From the IMG/VR virus record IMGVR_UViG_3300037067_021615, positions 38,662-102,661 of that record: a stretch of 64,000 bases of DNA, one strand, 5' to 3'. Within the stretch, counting starts at the first letter, position 1. Every line of letters starts with the position of its first letter. The translations under genes were made by a program, and so were the position numbers. The stretch is from a virus. Its lineage: Duplodnaviria > Caudoviricetes. Positions 1 through 9,357 of this stretch are shown piece by piece. Under the pieces are notes generated by a model. The model was given only the letters and a program-made list of their open reading frames with translations. It searched no databases and was not told the DNA's origin.

Positions 1-1
1 T

Positions 2-184
2 ATACTCAGAAGTATTGCCCATGAACTAACACACAATAGACAAAGAGAAATTAAAAGTTTTGACCTTGGAGAAAATGTTCCAACAATTGGAGGGTGGATA
101 GAAGATGAAGCAAATGCAAAAGCTGGAATATTAATTAAAGATTTTGCTATGAATCTCGGTTTTGATGAAATTTATGAATTATAA
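2..184 (+). CDS. C-terminal part of an HExxH zinc metallopeptidase-like protein (5' truncated, not in ORF track)
   Basis: Frame 2 reads ILRSIAHELTHNRQ...IEDEANAKAG...YEL*: HExxH plus downstream ExEAN third ligand; stop at 182-184. Confidence 0.75.
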   Translation: MLRSIAHELTHNRQREIKSFDLGENVPTIGGWIEDEANAKAGILIKDFAMNLGFDEIYEL

Positions 185-187
185 ATT

Positions 188-679
188 ATGATAAAAAGAT
201 TTTTAATATTAATAATATTTGTATCAATTTGTATAATAAGTACTGCACAAAATATATCACAAAATGATTATAAAAATATTGTGGAGAATAAATATGAGAA
301 TCAAATTATTACTCTGGTTGATAAAACTGGATTTGTTTACGAATGGGGAATATGCGGAACGGTATGTTATGGATGTGCATCACATTATACAAAAATAATG
401 AGAACAAAATATGCAGCAAATGGATTATATGCTTATTATATTTTCTTCTATAGTAATAGCTATAATGGATATGGTTATTTAACTGGAACATATCTCAAGG
501 GGATTAATGTATATAAAATAAATTCTGATGGACAAGATGAAAGTATAATGTATATTGATTATTTTTTAATTAATCCAAAAACTTTATATTTTGATGGAAC
601 TAATTTGGGTGCTATTTTTTATTCTAAACTTCCAAATGAAATTATAAAAATTACTTGGCAAAATGCATTAGTTTATTAA
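188..679 (+). CDS. Exported protein, unknown function
   Basis: Signal-peptide-like N-terminus (MIKRFLILIIFVSICIISTA-Q); CGTVCYGC motif. Confidence 0.6.
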   Translation: MIKRFLILIIFVSICIISTAQNISQNDYKNIVENKYENQIITLVDKTGFVYEWGICGTVCYGCASHYTKIMRTKYAANGLYAYYIFFYSNSYNGYGYLTGTYLKGINVYKINSDGQDESIMYIDYFLINPKTLYFDGTNLGAIFYSKLPNEIIKITWQNALVY

Positions 680-688
680 TTTTTTAAA

Positions 689-696
689 TATTTATA
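689..696 (+). promoter_or_regulatory. TATTTATA putative phage late promoter
   Basis: Recurrent motif 13 nt upstream of ATG 710; about 22 copies in window (see findings). Confidence 0.6.
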
Positions 697-709
697 TAAA
701 AGAATTTTA

Positions 710-1093
710 ATGATGGCAGATATTGAAGCTAAAATTGGTGAAAAAACAATAGGTGAAAATACCAAAGTAACTCTTACAGTAAGAGTGGTAATGTGGATAA
801 TTGTTGGTTTAATATCTATATTTTCTACTGCTTTTACATTTGCTTATCTTGATGTTAAACGTGATGTAAAAAACTACAAGACACAAATGGAACAAGATAA
901 AAGTGATTTTATCAAAGCTGTTGAAGCTAAATTGGATGAAAAACTAGGAAGCTTCCAAGCCAAAGATGAAGCTTTTATAAAAGAAATAGGCGATATAAAA
1001 GGAGATATTAAAGTAATTTTAGACAGAACATCTGGAATAAGGTCATCAGATAATACAATCAATAAATCAAATACTCCTCCAGGAGCAAAATAA
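710..1093 (+). CDS. Single-TM coiled-coil membrane protein (holin/XhlA-like candidate)
   Basis: One TM (VVMWIIVGLISIFSTAFTFAYL) then heptads ending IGDIKGDIKVILDR; late motif upstream. Confidence 0.45.
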   Translation: MMADIEAKIGEKTIGENTKVTLTVRVVMWIIVGLISIFSTAFTFAYLDVKRDVKNYKTQMEQDKSDFIKAVEAKLDEKLGSFQAKDEAFIKEIGDIKGDIKVILDRTSGIRSSDNTINKSNTPPGAK

Positions 1094-1119
1094 AAAAGTC
1101 AGACAAGTCTGACTTTTTT
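1092..1119. terminator. Bidirectional intrinsic terminator
   Basis: AAAAAAGTCAGAC-AA-GTCTGACTTTTTT perfect inverted repeat between convergent genes. Confidence 0.85.
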
Positions 1120-1122
1120 ATT

Positions 1123-1557
1123 TTAATATGGGCAACTTGAGGAATCCATTGCCTTTTTTGCAATATCCTTTACAATGTTTTTATCGATAGTTTGAGCTTC
1201 TTTTATGATTGCTTCTAATTCTGCCTCATAATCCATTGACCTAAAGTTTGTCAAATCTTTTATCATTTCATCGGTAACAATTAGTAACATTATAAACCAT
1301 CTTAATTTATTTGTTTGTGTTCCTTCACATATAAGGTCTTTACATTCATAATTGGGGTCGCAATCTTTAAATAATTTTCCAATAGCAGTTTCACCAAAAG
1401 GAAGTTGTTTGTGTTCCCATAAATAATCTGTATATACACGTGACCTGTCACTTACCACTTTCCGTCCTTTTTTTTCAATTCTTTTATATGCAGCTTTTCT
1501 TCGAACTTCTAAGTGACGTTCTGCGGCCTCTTTGGTATTAAAATATCTTCTTTTCAT
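1123..1557 (-). CDS. Hypothetical protein with C-terminal major-capsid spine-helix-like segment
   Basis: TDEMIKDLTNFRSMDYEAELEAIIKEAQTIDKNIVKDI resembles gp23-family ELAQDLxAxHxxDAxAELxxxLxxxIxxEIDREI. Confidence 0.7.
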   Translation of the reverse strand: MKRRYFNTKEAAERHLEVRRKAAYKRIEKKGRKVVSDRSRVYTDYLWEHKQLPFGETAIGKLFKDCDPNYECKDLICEGTQTNKLRWFIMLLIVTDEMIKDLTNFRSMDYEAELEAIIKEAQTIDKNIVKDIAKKAMDSSSCPY

Positions 1558-1567
1558 TTTAAGTTAT

Positions 1568-2773
1568 TTAAACTGCCACTGGGGCTTTTATTGCTGACAA
1601 TGGATTATAATCAATTATTTTAATGTCGTCAATTCTAAAATCAAAGATATTTGTTATTTCTGGGTTTAATTTTAATTTTGGAAGTGGAGGACCATAATAA
1701 TTCCCAATGCTTCTATCTATTTCTTCTTTGGATAAAGAATAAAAATCTATAATCTCAGAATTTAACTCTCTTGTTCTATTTAACAATTCATTCACTTGGT
1801 TTTTATGATTAAGATATAAATGCAAATCTCCAAAGGTATGAACAAATTTATATGGTATCATATTTACTACTTGAGCAACCATATCCAGTAGCATAGCAAA
1901 AGACGCTATGTTAAAAGGAACTCCGAGAAAGGTATCTGCGCTTCTTTGATACAACTGTAAAGAAAGTCTAAATCTTGGAATTTTAAATGTTTCGCTACTT
2001 AATAGTTCTTGAATTTGTTCTTCGGTTCTTCCAGTTCCTACGACCCCTAATTCTAAAATATCATGGCCATCTTTAATAAAAATATTCATTCTTTCTTCGA
2101 AAGTGAGAGGTTCTGTAATAAATTGAAACAATGTGTGACATGGTCTAAGCGCCATTTCATTTAATTCATTAACTTGCCAGGCAGAAACGATGATACCTCT
2201 GTCATCTGGTCTGTTTTTTAATGTATCAATTACAACTTGAATCTGGTTTATGCCTTCTATAATTCCATTATTCCATGGATTTGCTGGAATTTCTGTTTTG
2301 CCGCAATTTATCCACTGCTTACCATAAACAGGGCCTAAATCTCCATAATCCAATGCAAATTTTTCATCAATTTTAATTCTTTCTATAAATTCTTCTTGAG
2401 ACATTATTCGAAAACTTTCGCTAGAAATATCTATAATGTGTAATTGGTCTACTGGCCTTAAAAGATTAGAACAAATTTTTTTATATTTAGCATAAGCCCA
2501 TTCGTCCCAAATATGAACATTATTATCAACTAAATACTTAATATTCGTATTCCCAAATATTTTATATTTTTCTGGCATTGCATTTAAAAACCAGAGCAAT
2601 TCGTGTATAACTCCATTTGTATATGTTTTTTTAAGAGTCAATAAAGGAAATCCATCTTTCATATAATAAACAGATTGATGCCCAAAAATTGATATAGTTC
2701 CTGTTCCAGTACGGTCTGTTTTAGTGCGTCCTTCTTTAAGGATGGCTGTAATTAAATCTATGTATTGTTTCAT
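1568..2773 (-). CDS. thyA: Thymidylate synthase
   Basis: DRTGTGT, HELLWFL, LGPVYGKQW, catalytic PCH, YQRSAD, PFNIAS, GDLHLY; carries insertions. Confidence 0.97.
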   Translation of the reverse strand: MKQYIDLITAILKEGRTKTDRTGTGTISIFGHQSVYYMKDGFPLLTLKKTYTNGVIHELLWFLNAMPEKYKIFGNTNIKYLVDNNVHIWDEWAYAKYKKICSNLLRPVDQLHIIDISSESFRIMSQEEFIERIKIDEKFALDYGDLGPVYGKQWINCGKTEIPANPWNNGIIEGINQIQVVIDTLKNRPDDRGIIVSAWQVNELNEMALRPCHTLFQFITEPLTFEERMNIFIKDGHDILELGVVGTGRTEEQIQELLSSETFKIPRFRLSLQLYQRSADTFLGVPFNIASFAMLLDMVAQVVNMIPYKFVHTFGDLHLYLNHKNQVNELLNRTRELNSEIIDFYSLSKEEIDRSIGNYYGPPLPKLKLNPEITNIFDFRIDDIKIIDYNPLSAIKAPVAV

Positions 2774-2778
2774 ATAAA

Positions 2779-3222
2779 TTATTTTATTTTTGTACTACCA
2801 AACCCGTTTTCTCCACGAACTGTATCAGAAATAACAAGTACACTATCTAATTTTACTTGTTCTACTTTTGTTATAACCATTTGAGCAATTCTATCACCTT
2901 GATTTACTGCAAAATCCTTATCTGAAAGATTGATAAGAATAACTCCAATATTTCCTCGGTAGTCAGCATCAATGGTACCAGGAGTGTTAAGAACAGTTAT
3001 TCCATGTTTTAATGCCAATCCACTTCTAGGCCTAATTTGAGCTTCAAATCCTACAGGGAGTTCAATAAATAAATCTGTCTTAATTAGAACTCTTTCAAAT
3101 GGTTTAATCCATATTGTTTGTTCATTTTCAATACTTGCTTTTAAATCCATTCCAGCAGATAGCGTTGTTGCATATTCAGGTAGGGAATTTTTTGATTTGT
3201 TTACGATTCTTACTATTGTCAT
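2779..3222 (-). CDS. dut: Trimeric dUTPase
   Basis: [36 protein letters not shown]. Confidence 0.97.
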   Translation of the reverse strand: MTIVRIVNKSKNSLPEYATTLSAGMDLKASIENEQTIWIKPFERVLIKTDLFIELPVGFEAQIRPRSGLALKHGITVLNTPGTIDADYRGNIGVILINLSDKDFAVNQGDRIAQMVITKVEQVKLDSVLVISDTVRGENGFGSTKIK

Positions 3223-3238
3223 ATTTTCAATTTTGCAG

Positions 3239-3269
3239 CAAATATATAAAAAAATAACAATTATTCAAA
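3239..3269 (-). promoter_or_regulatory. Bacteroidota housekeeping-type promoter for dut-thyA operon
   Basis: Minus strand TTTG(3266-69)-N19-TATATTTG(3239-46). Confidence 0.8.
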
Positions 3270-4367
3270 TTAATTTATGTGAAAAGTTTTAATAAATTGA
3301 TAATATGGCATAAAATCCTTAGAGATGTCTTTTAATTTTACAATTTTGTCATTTACATAAGTAATATCCATTTTTACTCTAGCAGCTTTTTCAAATTCAT
3401 CATTTTCAGCAAACTCAAGCATTTTTGAAGTTAAAATCTCTTTTGTTTTGTTAAATACCTCTGGTAAATGTTTTATCCCATATTTTAATCTGAATAATGA
3501 TTCATAGTCTTCTCTTATCTGTTTTGACATAATAATCATTTGGTCAAAATTAAATGAACTATCTATTTCAATAGTAATTCTATTCTCCAAAGGAAAATTA
3601 TTTTTTACTTCCATTAAATAATATACAAACAATTTATCAAGTAATATATTTTTCTCTTTTATTTTCAAATTAAAAGACCCACTAAAATCCATTGGGAGTT
3701 TTTTTAATATATTTTTGTTTGTTTGACAACTTTTTAAAATTATTTTATTTGGGTTGTACACATTATTAATTCTGATGAATTCACATTTAAATGGTAGCAA
3801 ATAATTTCTTAATTCATTGTTTGCCTTGGACATAAAATCTCCATTAAGGTTAAGATAACATTTATTTCCTGAAAATTTGCATTCTATAAATAAATAAAAA
3901 TATAATGTCAATCTTTCCCCAATTTCTGGTATTTTATAAACATTTGGTTTTATAAATGAATCTATAGTTTTTGGTTTTAAAACATTTTGCAAACTTGTTT
4001 CATCCTCTGCTAATTTTTTTATAATTTGTTTTGCTTCTTTTAAATTAAATAATTCAAATTCATCTTTTATTGTTTTTTCTAATTCTAAACTATAGTTCAT
4101 TCCCTTTTCCTCTAAAATCTTTTTAATTTCTTCAGTTGCAATATTTGGAAACTCTGGGTCTTGAGAAAATTCAAATGTTAATATATCAGATTCTATATAG
4201 CCTATGTTTTGAATGGCATAAATAGCCTTTTCATAGTCATCTTCATCGATAACTGTTTCATCCAAATATTGTCTTCCCTTCCTAGTCACAAAAATGATAG
4301 GTTTTTTGTTTTTGTCCAAGGGGTTTTCAATTATACAAAAATCTAAGTTTATATAGTTCATTACCAC
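3270..4367 (-). CDS. Hypothetical protein with C-terminal UVR (UvrB/C) motif
   Basis: KMLEFAENDEFEKAARVKMDI. Confidence 0.6.
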   Translation of the reverse strand: MVMNYINLDFCIIENPLDKNKKPIIFVTRKGRQYLDETVIDEDDYEKAIYAIQNIGYIESDILTFEFSQDPEFPNIATEEIKKILEEKGMNYSLELEKTIKDEFELFNLKEAKQIIKKLAEDETSLQNVLKPKTIDSFIKPNVYKIPEIGERLTLYFYLFIECKFSGNKCYLNLNGDFMSKANNELRNYLLPFKCEFIRINNVYNPNKIILKSCQTNKNILKKLPMDFSGSFNLKIKEKNILLDKLFVYYLMEVKNNFPLENRITIEIDSSFNFDQMIIMSKQIREDYESLFRLKYGIKHLPEVFNKTKEILTSKMLEFAENDEFEKAARVKMDITYVNDKIVKLKDISKDFMPYYQFIKTFHIN

Positions 4368-4478
4368 TGGTTTTGTTTTAATAAATATTATTTAATTTTT
4401 AGTCTTTTAGAAAATATATAAAAAACAACTTTTAAAAAAAATAGTTTTTGTTAATATTTATATAAAAGAAAAAAATAT

Positions 4479-4736
4479 ATGGAACTTGATGAAAAAGAAT
4501 TAAGAAAACAAATTAGAGAAATACTGTTGAATTCTGATGAATTAATGGATGGTGCTCTAAAACAAAAAAAAGGAATCTCTGAATTAAAAAAAGATTGCTA
4601 TACTAAACTTGTAGATTTAAAAAATGAATTTGAAGCTGACAAAGGAAATCCAAATAAAGAAGAAACAATTAAGAAAATTGATAGTCTTATAGCAGCATTA
4701 AATCAAATTAAATCATTTTTAGGTAAGCAATTATAA
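4479..4736 (+). CDS. Small putative head-internal protein
   Basis: N-terminal ELRKQIREIL helix; TATTTATA at 4455-4462. Confidence 0.55.
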   Translation: MELDEKELRKQIREILLNSDELMDGALKQKKGISELKKDCYTKLVDLKNEFEADKGNPNKEETIKKIDSLIAALNQIKSFLGKQL

Positions 4737-5626
4737 TTAGTTTTATATATTATTAAATGTGGGTGAATTTCTATGATTCTTTTCCAATTAGTTTCATTTA
4801 ATTTATAATAGCAGCATAAATCTATATATTCAGATGGGCTGTTTATTATCAACTTTTCCCATCCAAGAGCAGAAAGTTCTTCTTTATATTTTCTATCTTT
4901 AATTAAGAAGTTAAAATCTTGATTTTTAAATAAGCAAATAAGTTCAACGCTATTATAAATATCACTTTGTTTAAATTTATTTAAATCGCAATGATTTATT
5001 AACTCTGGTCTAATTTTTAGTATTTCTATCCATTTTCTTGCTGTGAGCTGTTTTAAATCTAAAATATTAAGAAACACATTTCCAGTATTAATAATTATAT
5101 CACATATATGATAATCTTTTAATTTTTTTAAATCAAAATTTCTTATCATATCTTCTGAAAAATTATTATATTCTATTATTTCATAAATTTCTTTGGATGT
5201 AAAATTGTATTTTTTAATATCTACTTTTTTTGAGATTTCATCAGCTCCAATAGTGAGTAAGCAAAAGGCGTCTTCGTGACCTATGTTATTCAAATCAATA
5301 TTAATTTTATCAATTAAATATGGACGAATTTTAAGCATGTTTTTTATTTCTTTTACAGCATAATTATATTTTGACAAATCCACAAAGTCTGCTATTTTTG
5401 CATTTCTAGCTACTACCCTTACAATTTTCATTCTGTCAATTTTATTCCATGGAATCATTTTGTGTAATTCCTCATTATCAGCAATTGACCTATCTGGTAT
5501 TTTATTATAATCAGCGTATTGACATATATGATATAATTCATCTTTGCTAAGTTCATGCCATTCATCCGATATAATTTTTGAAAGAAAAGCTTGTATAATA
5601 ATATTTGTTTTTTCGTTTATATTCAT
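4703..5626 (-). CDS. Alpha-solenoid repeat protein
   Basis: About 23-aa repeats D[LI]xK[LYF]xxxxWxx[IL][LI]xxxP. Confidence 0.6.
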   Translation of the reverse strand: MNINEKTNIIIQAFLSKIISDEWHELSKDELYHICQYADYNKIPDRSIADNEELHKMIPWNKIDRMKIVRVVARNAKIADFVDLSKYNYAVKEIKNMLKIRPYLIDKINIDLNNIGHEDAFCLLTIGADEISKKVDIKKYNFTSKEIYEIIEYNNFSEDMIRNFDLKKLKDYHICDIIINTGNVFLNILDLKQLTARKWIEILKIRPELINHCDLNKFKQSDIYNSVELICLFKNQDFNFLIKDRKYKEELSALGWEKLIINSPSEYIDLCCYYKLNETNWKRIIEIHPHLIIYKTNYNCLPKNDLI

Positions 5627-5634
5627 TATATTTG
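5604..5634 (+). promoter_or_regulatory. Bacteroidota-type promoter
   Basis: TTTG(5604-07)-N19-TATATTTG(5627-34), upstream of 5676. Confidence 0.7.
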
Positions 5635-5675
5635 CAATATTATAAAATATATATTATTTAAATAAAAAAATCAAT

Positions 5676-6026
5676 ATGGAAGAAAATAAAAAAATAATAG
5701 CAATTGATGTTAATAAATTAATCATCAGAACTTATAATAAGATTGCTATATGGAATAATCAAAGTGCATCAGATGAAGAAAAATCAATGATGTTAAAAGC
5801 ATTATCACATGATATTGTATCAGATATTATAACTACAGCATTTAGTAATTTAGAAGGAACGAAAGTAAGAGAAGAAATTATTCCAGAACAGCCAAAGAAA
5901 TTAGTTGTACCTGAAGAAAATAAAGATGCAGTTGTTATAAAAAATGATAAAAATACTGCTTCCAAAGCAATAAAGCCAAAGGGAATACTTTATAAACTAT
6001 TTAATGCAAAACAAAGTGATGATTAA
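5676..6026 (+). CDS. Hypothetical protein
   Basis: ORF with own host-type promoter. Confidence 0.6.
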   Translation: MEENKKIIAIDVNKLIIRTYNKIAIWNNQSASDEEKSMMLKALSHDIVSDIITTAFSNLEGTKVREEIIPEQPKKLVVPEENKDAVVIKNDKNTASKAIKPKGILYKLFNAKQSDD

Positions 6027-6033
6027 ATATTCC

Positions 6034-6606
6034 TTATTTTTTAAGATTTGTATCTTTATTTTGCATTTTGTATAAGTCAATTTCCTCTTCTGTTGTTTTT
6101 TCTCCCAAGCCGTCATTACTAAATTTAATGATATCAAATTTATTTGGGTCCATTTCTTCTTTTAAAAGAGTTTTTCTGTTTTTTTCTTGATATAATGGGT
6201 TTTTTAATTGCTTTTTTTGCTCATTTTCTAACAATCCACAAAGCTCCTTGTATCTTTTAGAAACATTTTCCATAGTGTTTTTTTTACTTTCTTCCATGCT
6301 TTCTTTATTTTCTTCTTCTTTTTTAGATTCTTCGGTTTTAACAGATTCTGCTTCTTTCTCCATTTTTTTAAGTCTTGTATAATAGTCTGGTAATTCATCC
6401 ATATGTGTTAGAACTATTTTAAAAGTTTGCATTGGGTCATCATTAGTAATATCTGTTTCTGGGCTTTTACTTCCATGTTCTAATTCTACTAACATTCCTT
6501 GAATCATTTCATTTATATCATATTTAGAAATATCCAAGTCCATTTTTTTTGCCAACAATTCAATTATTTTTTTAGTATAGCCTTTTGCCTTTTCATTCGT
6601 TTCCAT
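6034..6606 (-). CDS. DUF5661-like protein
   Basis: GMLVELEHG...DITNDD...KIVLTHMDELPDYYTRLKKME; RYKELCGL motif; TATTTATA at 6623-30. Confidence 0.7.
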   Translation of the reverse strand: METNEKAKGYTKKIIELLAKKMDLDISKYDINEMIQGMLVELEHGSKSPETDITNDDPMQTFKIVLTHMDELPDYYTRLKKMEKEAESVKTEESKKEEENKESMEESKKNTMENVSKRYKELCGLLENEQKKQLKNPLYQEKNRKTLLKEEMDPNKFDIIKFSNDGLGEKTTEEEIDLYKMQNKDTNLKK

Positions 6607-6642
6607 AACAGTTTAAATTTTTTATAAATATTAATAAATTTA

Positions 6643-7434
6643 TCAAAATCTTAACAAAGAATATTGTATACTTATTCCCACTCCTGGTCCTATAAGATAG
6701 GTACCCTTATTAAAAGTCATTCCAAATCCAATATAAGGCCCCACAGACCACTTTTTATTTTTAGATGGTGAAACAGGCGGATTAATCATATTTGATACAT
6801 CTGCGCCTTCTATTTGCCCCACAATTACATTTTCACTATCTGGAGTAATAAAGATTTTATATAAATTATTTTCTTTTTTAATTCCAGTTGTAAATCCAAG
6901 TTTTAAACTAATATCATTTATAGTAGAAATACCAGGACTTGTTTTAACTGAATATTTATTGGTTTCTTTGTCTATAAGAGTGGCTTCTGCAAAAAACGTA
7001 TTTGTTGATTTAATATGTAATGATTTATCTTTTGAATAATAGTCATAAACTAAAGAATATTCATTACTATCAAGTTGAATGATTGCATTTTTGACGGAAC
7101 CAGTATCTTTATATTCTATTTTTGTTTTCCATATAATTTTAACATCGCCTAACTCATTTTTTAATCTTTGATAAAGGTCTGGAAAGTATTTTTCAATTTC
7201 TTCAACAGACATATCTGCTATTGGTTTACTGTAAGATGTCTGCCCAGCTTTGTTTTTATATTTTGTAATAGAATCATTTAAAGCTGCTAGATTTTGCTGA
7301 GTTTTTTGTTCTTGACGTTTTAATTCGCTTTTTAATTTGTTTGTTGTATTGCATTGATTTAAAAAAAGCAAAAGAATAGCAACACTGGCAATTGCCAGTA
7401 TCATTTTAATATTATCTAAAATTTTTTTCCACAT
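6643..7434 (-). CDS. Membrane-anchored spanin-like protein with C-terminal beta-hairpin
   Basis: N-terminal TM followed by Cys, coiled coil, C-terminal KKWSVGPYIGFG...GVGISIQYSLLRF; late motif 7446-53. Confidence 0.55.
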   Translation of the reverse strand: MWKKILDNIKMILAIASVAILLLFLNQCNTTNKLKSELKRQEQKTQQNLAALNDSITKYKNKAGQTSYSKPIADMSVEEIEKYFPDLYQRLKNELGDVKIIWKTKIEYKDTGSVKNAIIQLDSNEYSLVYDYYSKDKSLHIKSTNTFFAEATLIDKETNKYSVKTSPGISTINDISLKLGFTTGIKKENNLYKIFITPDSENVIVGQIEGADVSNMINPPVSPSKNKKWSVGPYIGFGMTFNKGTYLIGPGVGISIQYSLLRF

Positions 7435-7471
7435 AATTTTTTTTTTATAAATATTACAAGAAAATAATAAA

Positions 7472-8248
7472 TTAAAGAGTCTGATTTAAATTTAAGAGGT
7501 GTATAGTTTCATCATTTTTTAGTCTTGTATAACCTGTAGCAAATAGAACAAATTCAAGCATCATTTTTTTATATTCTGTAGATGGAATAGTATTTCCTTT
7601 GCCACTTTGTTGAATAATTGTGCCACTTTTAATATCTATTTCAGTCGTTACATGTGGACAATTTTTTTCATCCCTTAAAGAAACTATTACAGACCTTTCA
7701 TTTTTAACTTTTGACATATAATACTTTTGTCCAACACACATACTCATTTTCTTGCCTTCATATATTAAATCATTCTCTGTTAAAAGATAAATAAAATGTT
7801 TTTTATTAGAACATCTAAATAAAACCCTATTGTTATCAACTTCTTGTATTTTGAAATCTTCTATATTGTATTTTTCGAACATTTCTTTATGCCATTGTTC
7901 TTGTTTATTAAAAGCATCTTCAAATGAATAACAAAATATATCTACTTTTGCTCCTATTGCCCAATCAATAATAAACCTAATTTTACTAAACTGATTTAAC
8001 AAGTCAAGATTTTTTTTTATTTCTTTTGCAATCCAAACATCATATTTATGCTTTCTTTTGGATGATTTTTCTAAATCTTTATTCTCTTTATCTCCAATAA
8101 AGCCGTATCTTTCTCCTATATTGGATATTTGTTTAATAATTTCATTAACTTTATCTTCAGATAAATATTCTTTTTTGCCACTTTTATTCTCTGGCAAAAA
8201 AATAGATTTTATATGTAATTCTCTTTTTGTAAGATTAAAAGAATGCAT
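7472..8248 (-). CDS. PcfJ-like domain protein
   Basis: QEQWH...LIYEGKKMSMCVG...VSLRD...PHVTTEI...QQSGKGN. Confidence 0.7.
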   Translation of the reverse strand: MHSFNLTKRELHIKSIFLPENKSGKKEYLSEDKVNEIIKQISNIGERYGFIGDKENKDLEKSSKRKHKYDVWIAKEIKKNLDLLNQFSKIRFIIDWAIGAKVDIFCYSFEDAFNKQEQWHKEMFEKYNIEDFKIQEVDNNRVLFRCSNKKHFIYLLTENDLIYEGKKMSMCVGQKYYMSKVKNERSVIVSLRDEKNCPHVTTEIDIKSGTIIQQSGKGNTIPSTEYKKMMLEFVLFATGYTRLKNDETIHLLNLNQTL

Positions 8249-8508
8249 TATATTATTAATTTAAGAATAATTTCTGTAGGGTCTTCTGTCTCTAAAACTT
8301 CATATCTTCCAATATATTCTTTGGGGTCTTCCATTCTAAGTCCATTTATTTTATGGTTTTTTTTAAATGTAAGAGTAAAATTTATTTCATTAAGAATAAG
8401 ATTTTTTATTGTGTAGCATTTCATTAAAACCCTTAATTTGTGCTGAAATATTGTAATGGGTTTTTTTTCAAAATCATCTTTTTTAATTTTAAAACTTCTA
8501 GCAACCAT
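8248..8508 (-). CDS. Hypothetical protein
   Basis: Operon-coupled ORF. Confidence 0.6.
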   Translation of the reverse strand: MVARSFKIKKDDFEKKPITIFQHKLRVLMKCYTIKNLILNEINFTLTFKKNHKINGLRMEDPKEYIGRYEVLETEDPTEIILKLII

Positions 8509-8519
8509 AAATTATTCTT

Positions 8520-9263
8520 CTATTTTTTTCTTTTAGACCCCTTTTTTGGACCTCTTTTTTTTGGTCTTCCTGGACCTTTTCTACTTTTTCGTTTCTTTTT
8601 TGGTTCTGCAGAATAATTTACTACTTCTTCTATTGCTTTGTCTAAAATAGTTTTCCCTTGTTTAGGCTCATCTATAACTTGTTTTTCTTGAGATTCAAGT
8701 AATAATGCTAAATTAGTATTAAGTGGTTGACGAAGATTATCAAGTATTCCAGATTTTTCCCATTTTTCAATAAGTTCTTCTTGCGTTTTTTTGTCTTTTG
8801 ACAAAGGAGTATTAATCTTATCAATGTCTGATTCTGTTTTAATAACTTCTCCTAGTTCTGTTTTGGCAACTTCTGGTTCTATTTTAACAACTTTTTGTTT
8901 AGAAATTTTTTGCTTTATTTTTTTTGTTTGCTTTTCTTTTTCCGTTGATGATTTATCATCGGTTAGGGAACTATGTAAATTGAGTAAAAATAACTTATTA
9001 TCAATCTCTTCTTCCTTATACCCAATGTAATATTTTAAAAATTCTGGCTTATTTTCTTCTTTAATATCTATAATTCCTTTTCTAGAATATATTTTTAAAG
9101 AATTAGAAAGATGATTTGTTTGTGAATAAACTATTTCTCCTGGGCGCAAATCAATTTGAATATCATTGCTAAAAATATCTTTAAAAAAGATTCTTATTTT
9201 TTCAGTGGCATTATGTCTTTCGTTGTTTAAAAATGTTACTTTAATGTCTTTTGTAGAACTCAT
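8520..9263 (-). CDS. Hypothetical protein with capsid-N-terminus-like segment and basic AT-hook-like tail
   Basis: LIEKWEKSGILDNL...NLALLLESQEKQV; tail RKGPGRPKKRGPKKGSKRKK. Confidence 0.7.
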   Translation of the reverse strand: MSSTKDIKVTFLNNERHNATEKIRIFFKDIFSNDIQIDLRPGEIVYSQTNHLSNSLKIYSRKGIIDIKEENKPEFLKYYIGYKEEEIDNKLFLLNLHSSLTDDKSSTEKEKQTKKIKQKISKQKVVKIEPEVAKTELGEVIKTESDIDKINTPLSKDKKTQEELIEKWEKSGILDNLRQPLNTNLALLLESQEKQVIDEPKQGKTILDKAIEEVVNYSAEPKKKRKSRKGPGRPKKRGPKKGSKRKK

Positions 9264-9304
9264 ATATTTTTTATTTAAATATAATAATTATAAATATTAA
9301 AATC

Positions 9305-9340
9305 AAAAAAAAATCCACCTAATTGATGGATTTTTTTTTT
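9305..9340 (-). terminator. Intrinsic terminator
   Basis: A-run-TCCA..TGGA-T-run inverted repeat downstream of the 9358 gene. Confidence 0.6.
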
Positions 9341-9357
9341 AATTTATTAATTTTTTA

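Noticed and set aside
1568-2773. dCMP hydroxymethylase (modified-base pathway)
   Set aside because: PFNIAS keeps the Asn that specifies dUMP, so this is an ordinary ThyA
5676-6026. A fourth capsid-like fragment (SDEEKSMMLKALSHDIVSDII)
   Set aside because: Only generic helix similarity, without the diagnostic DL..D.EAEL residues
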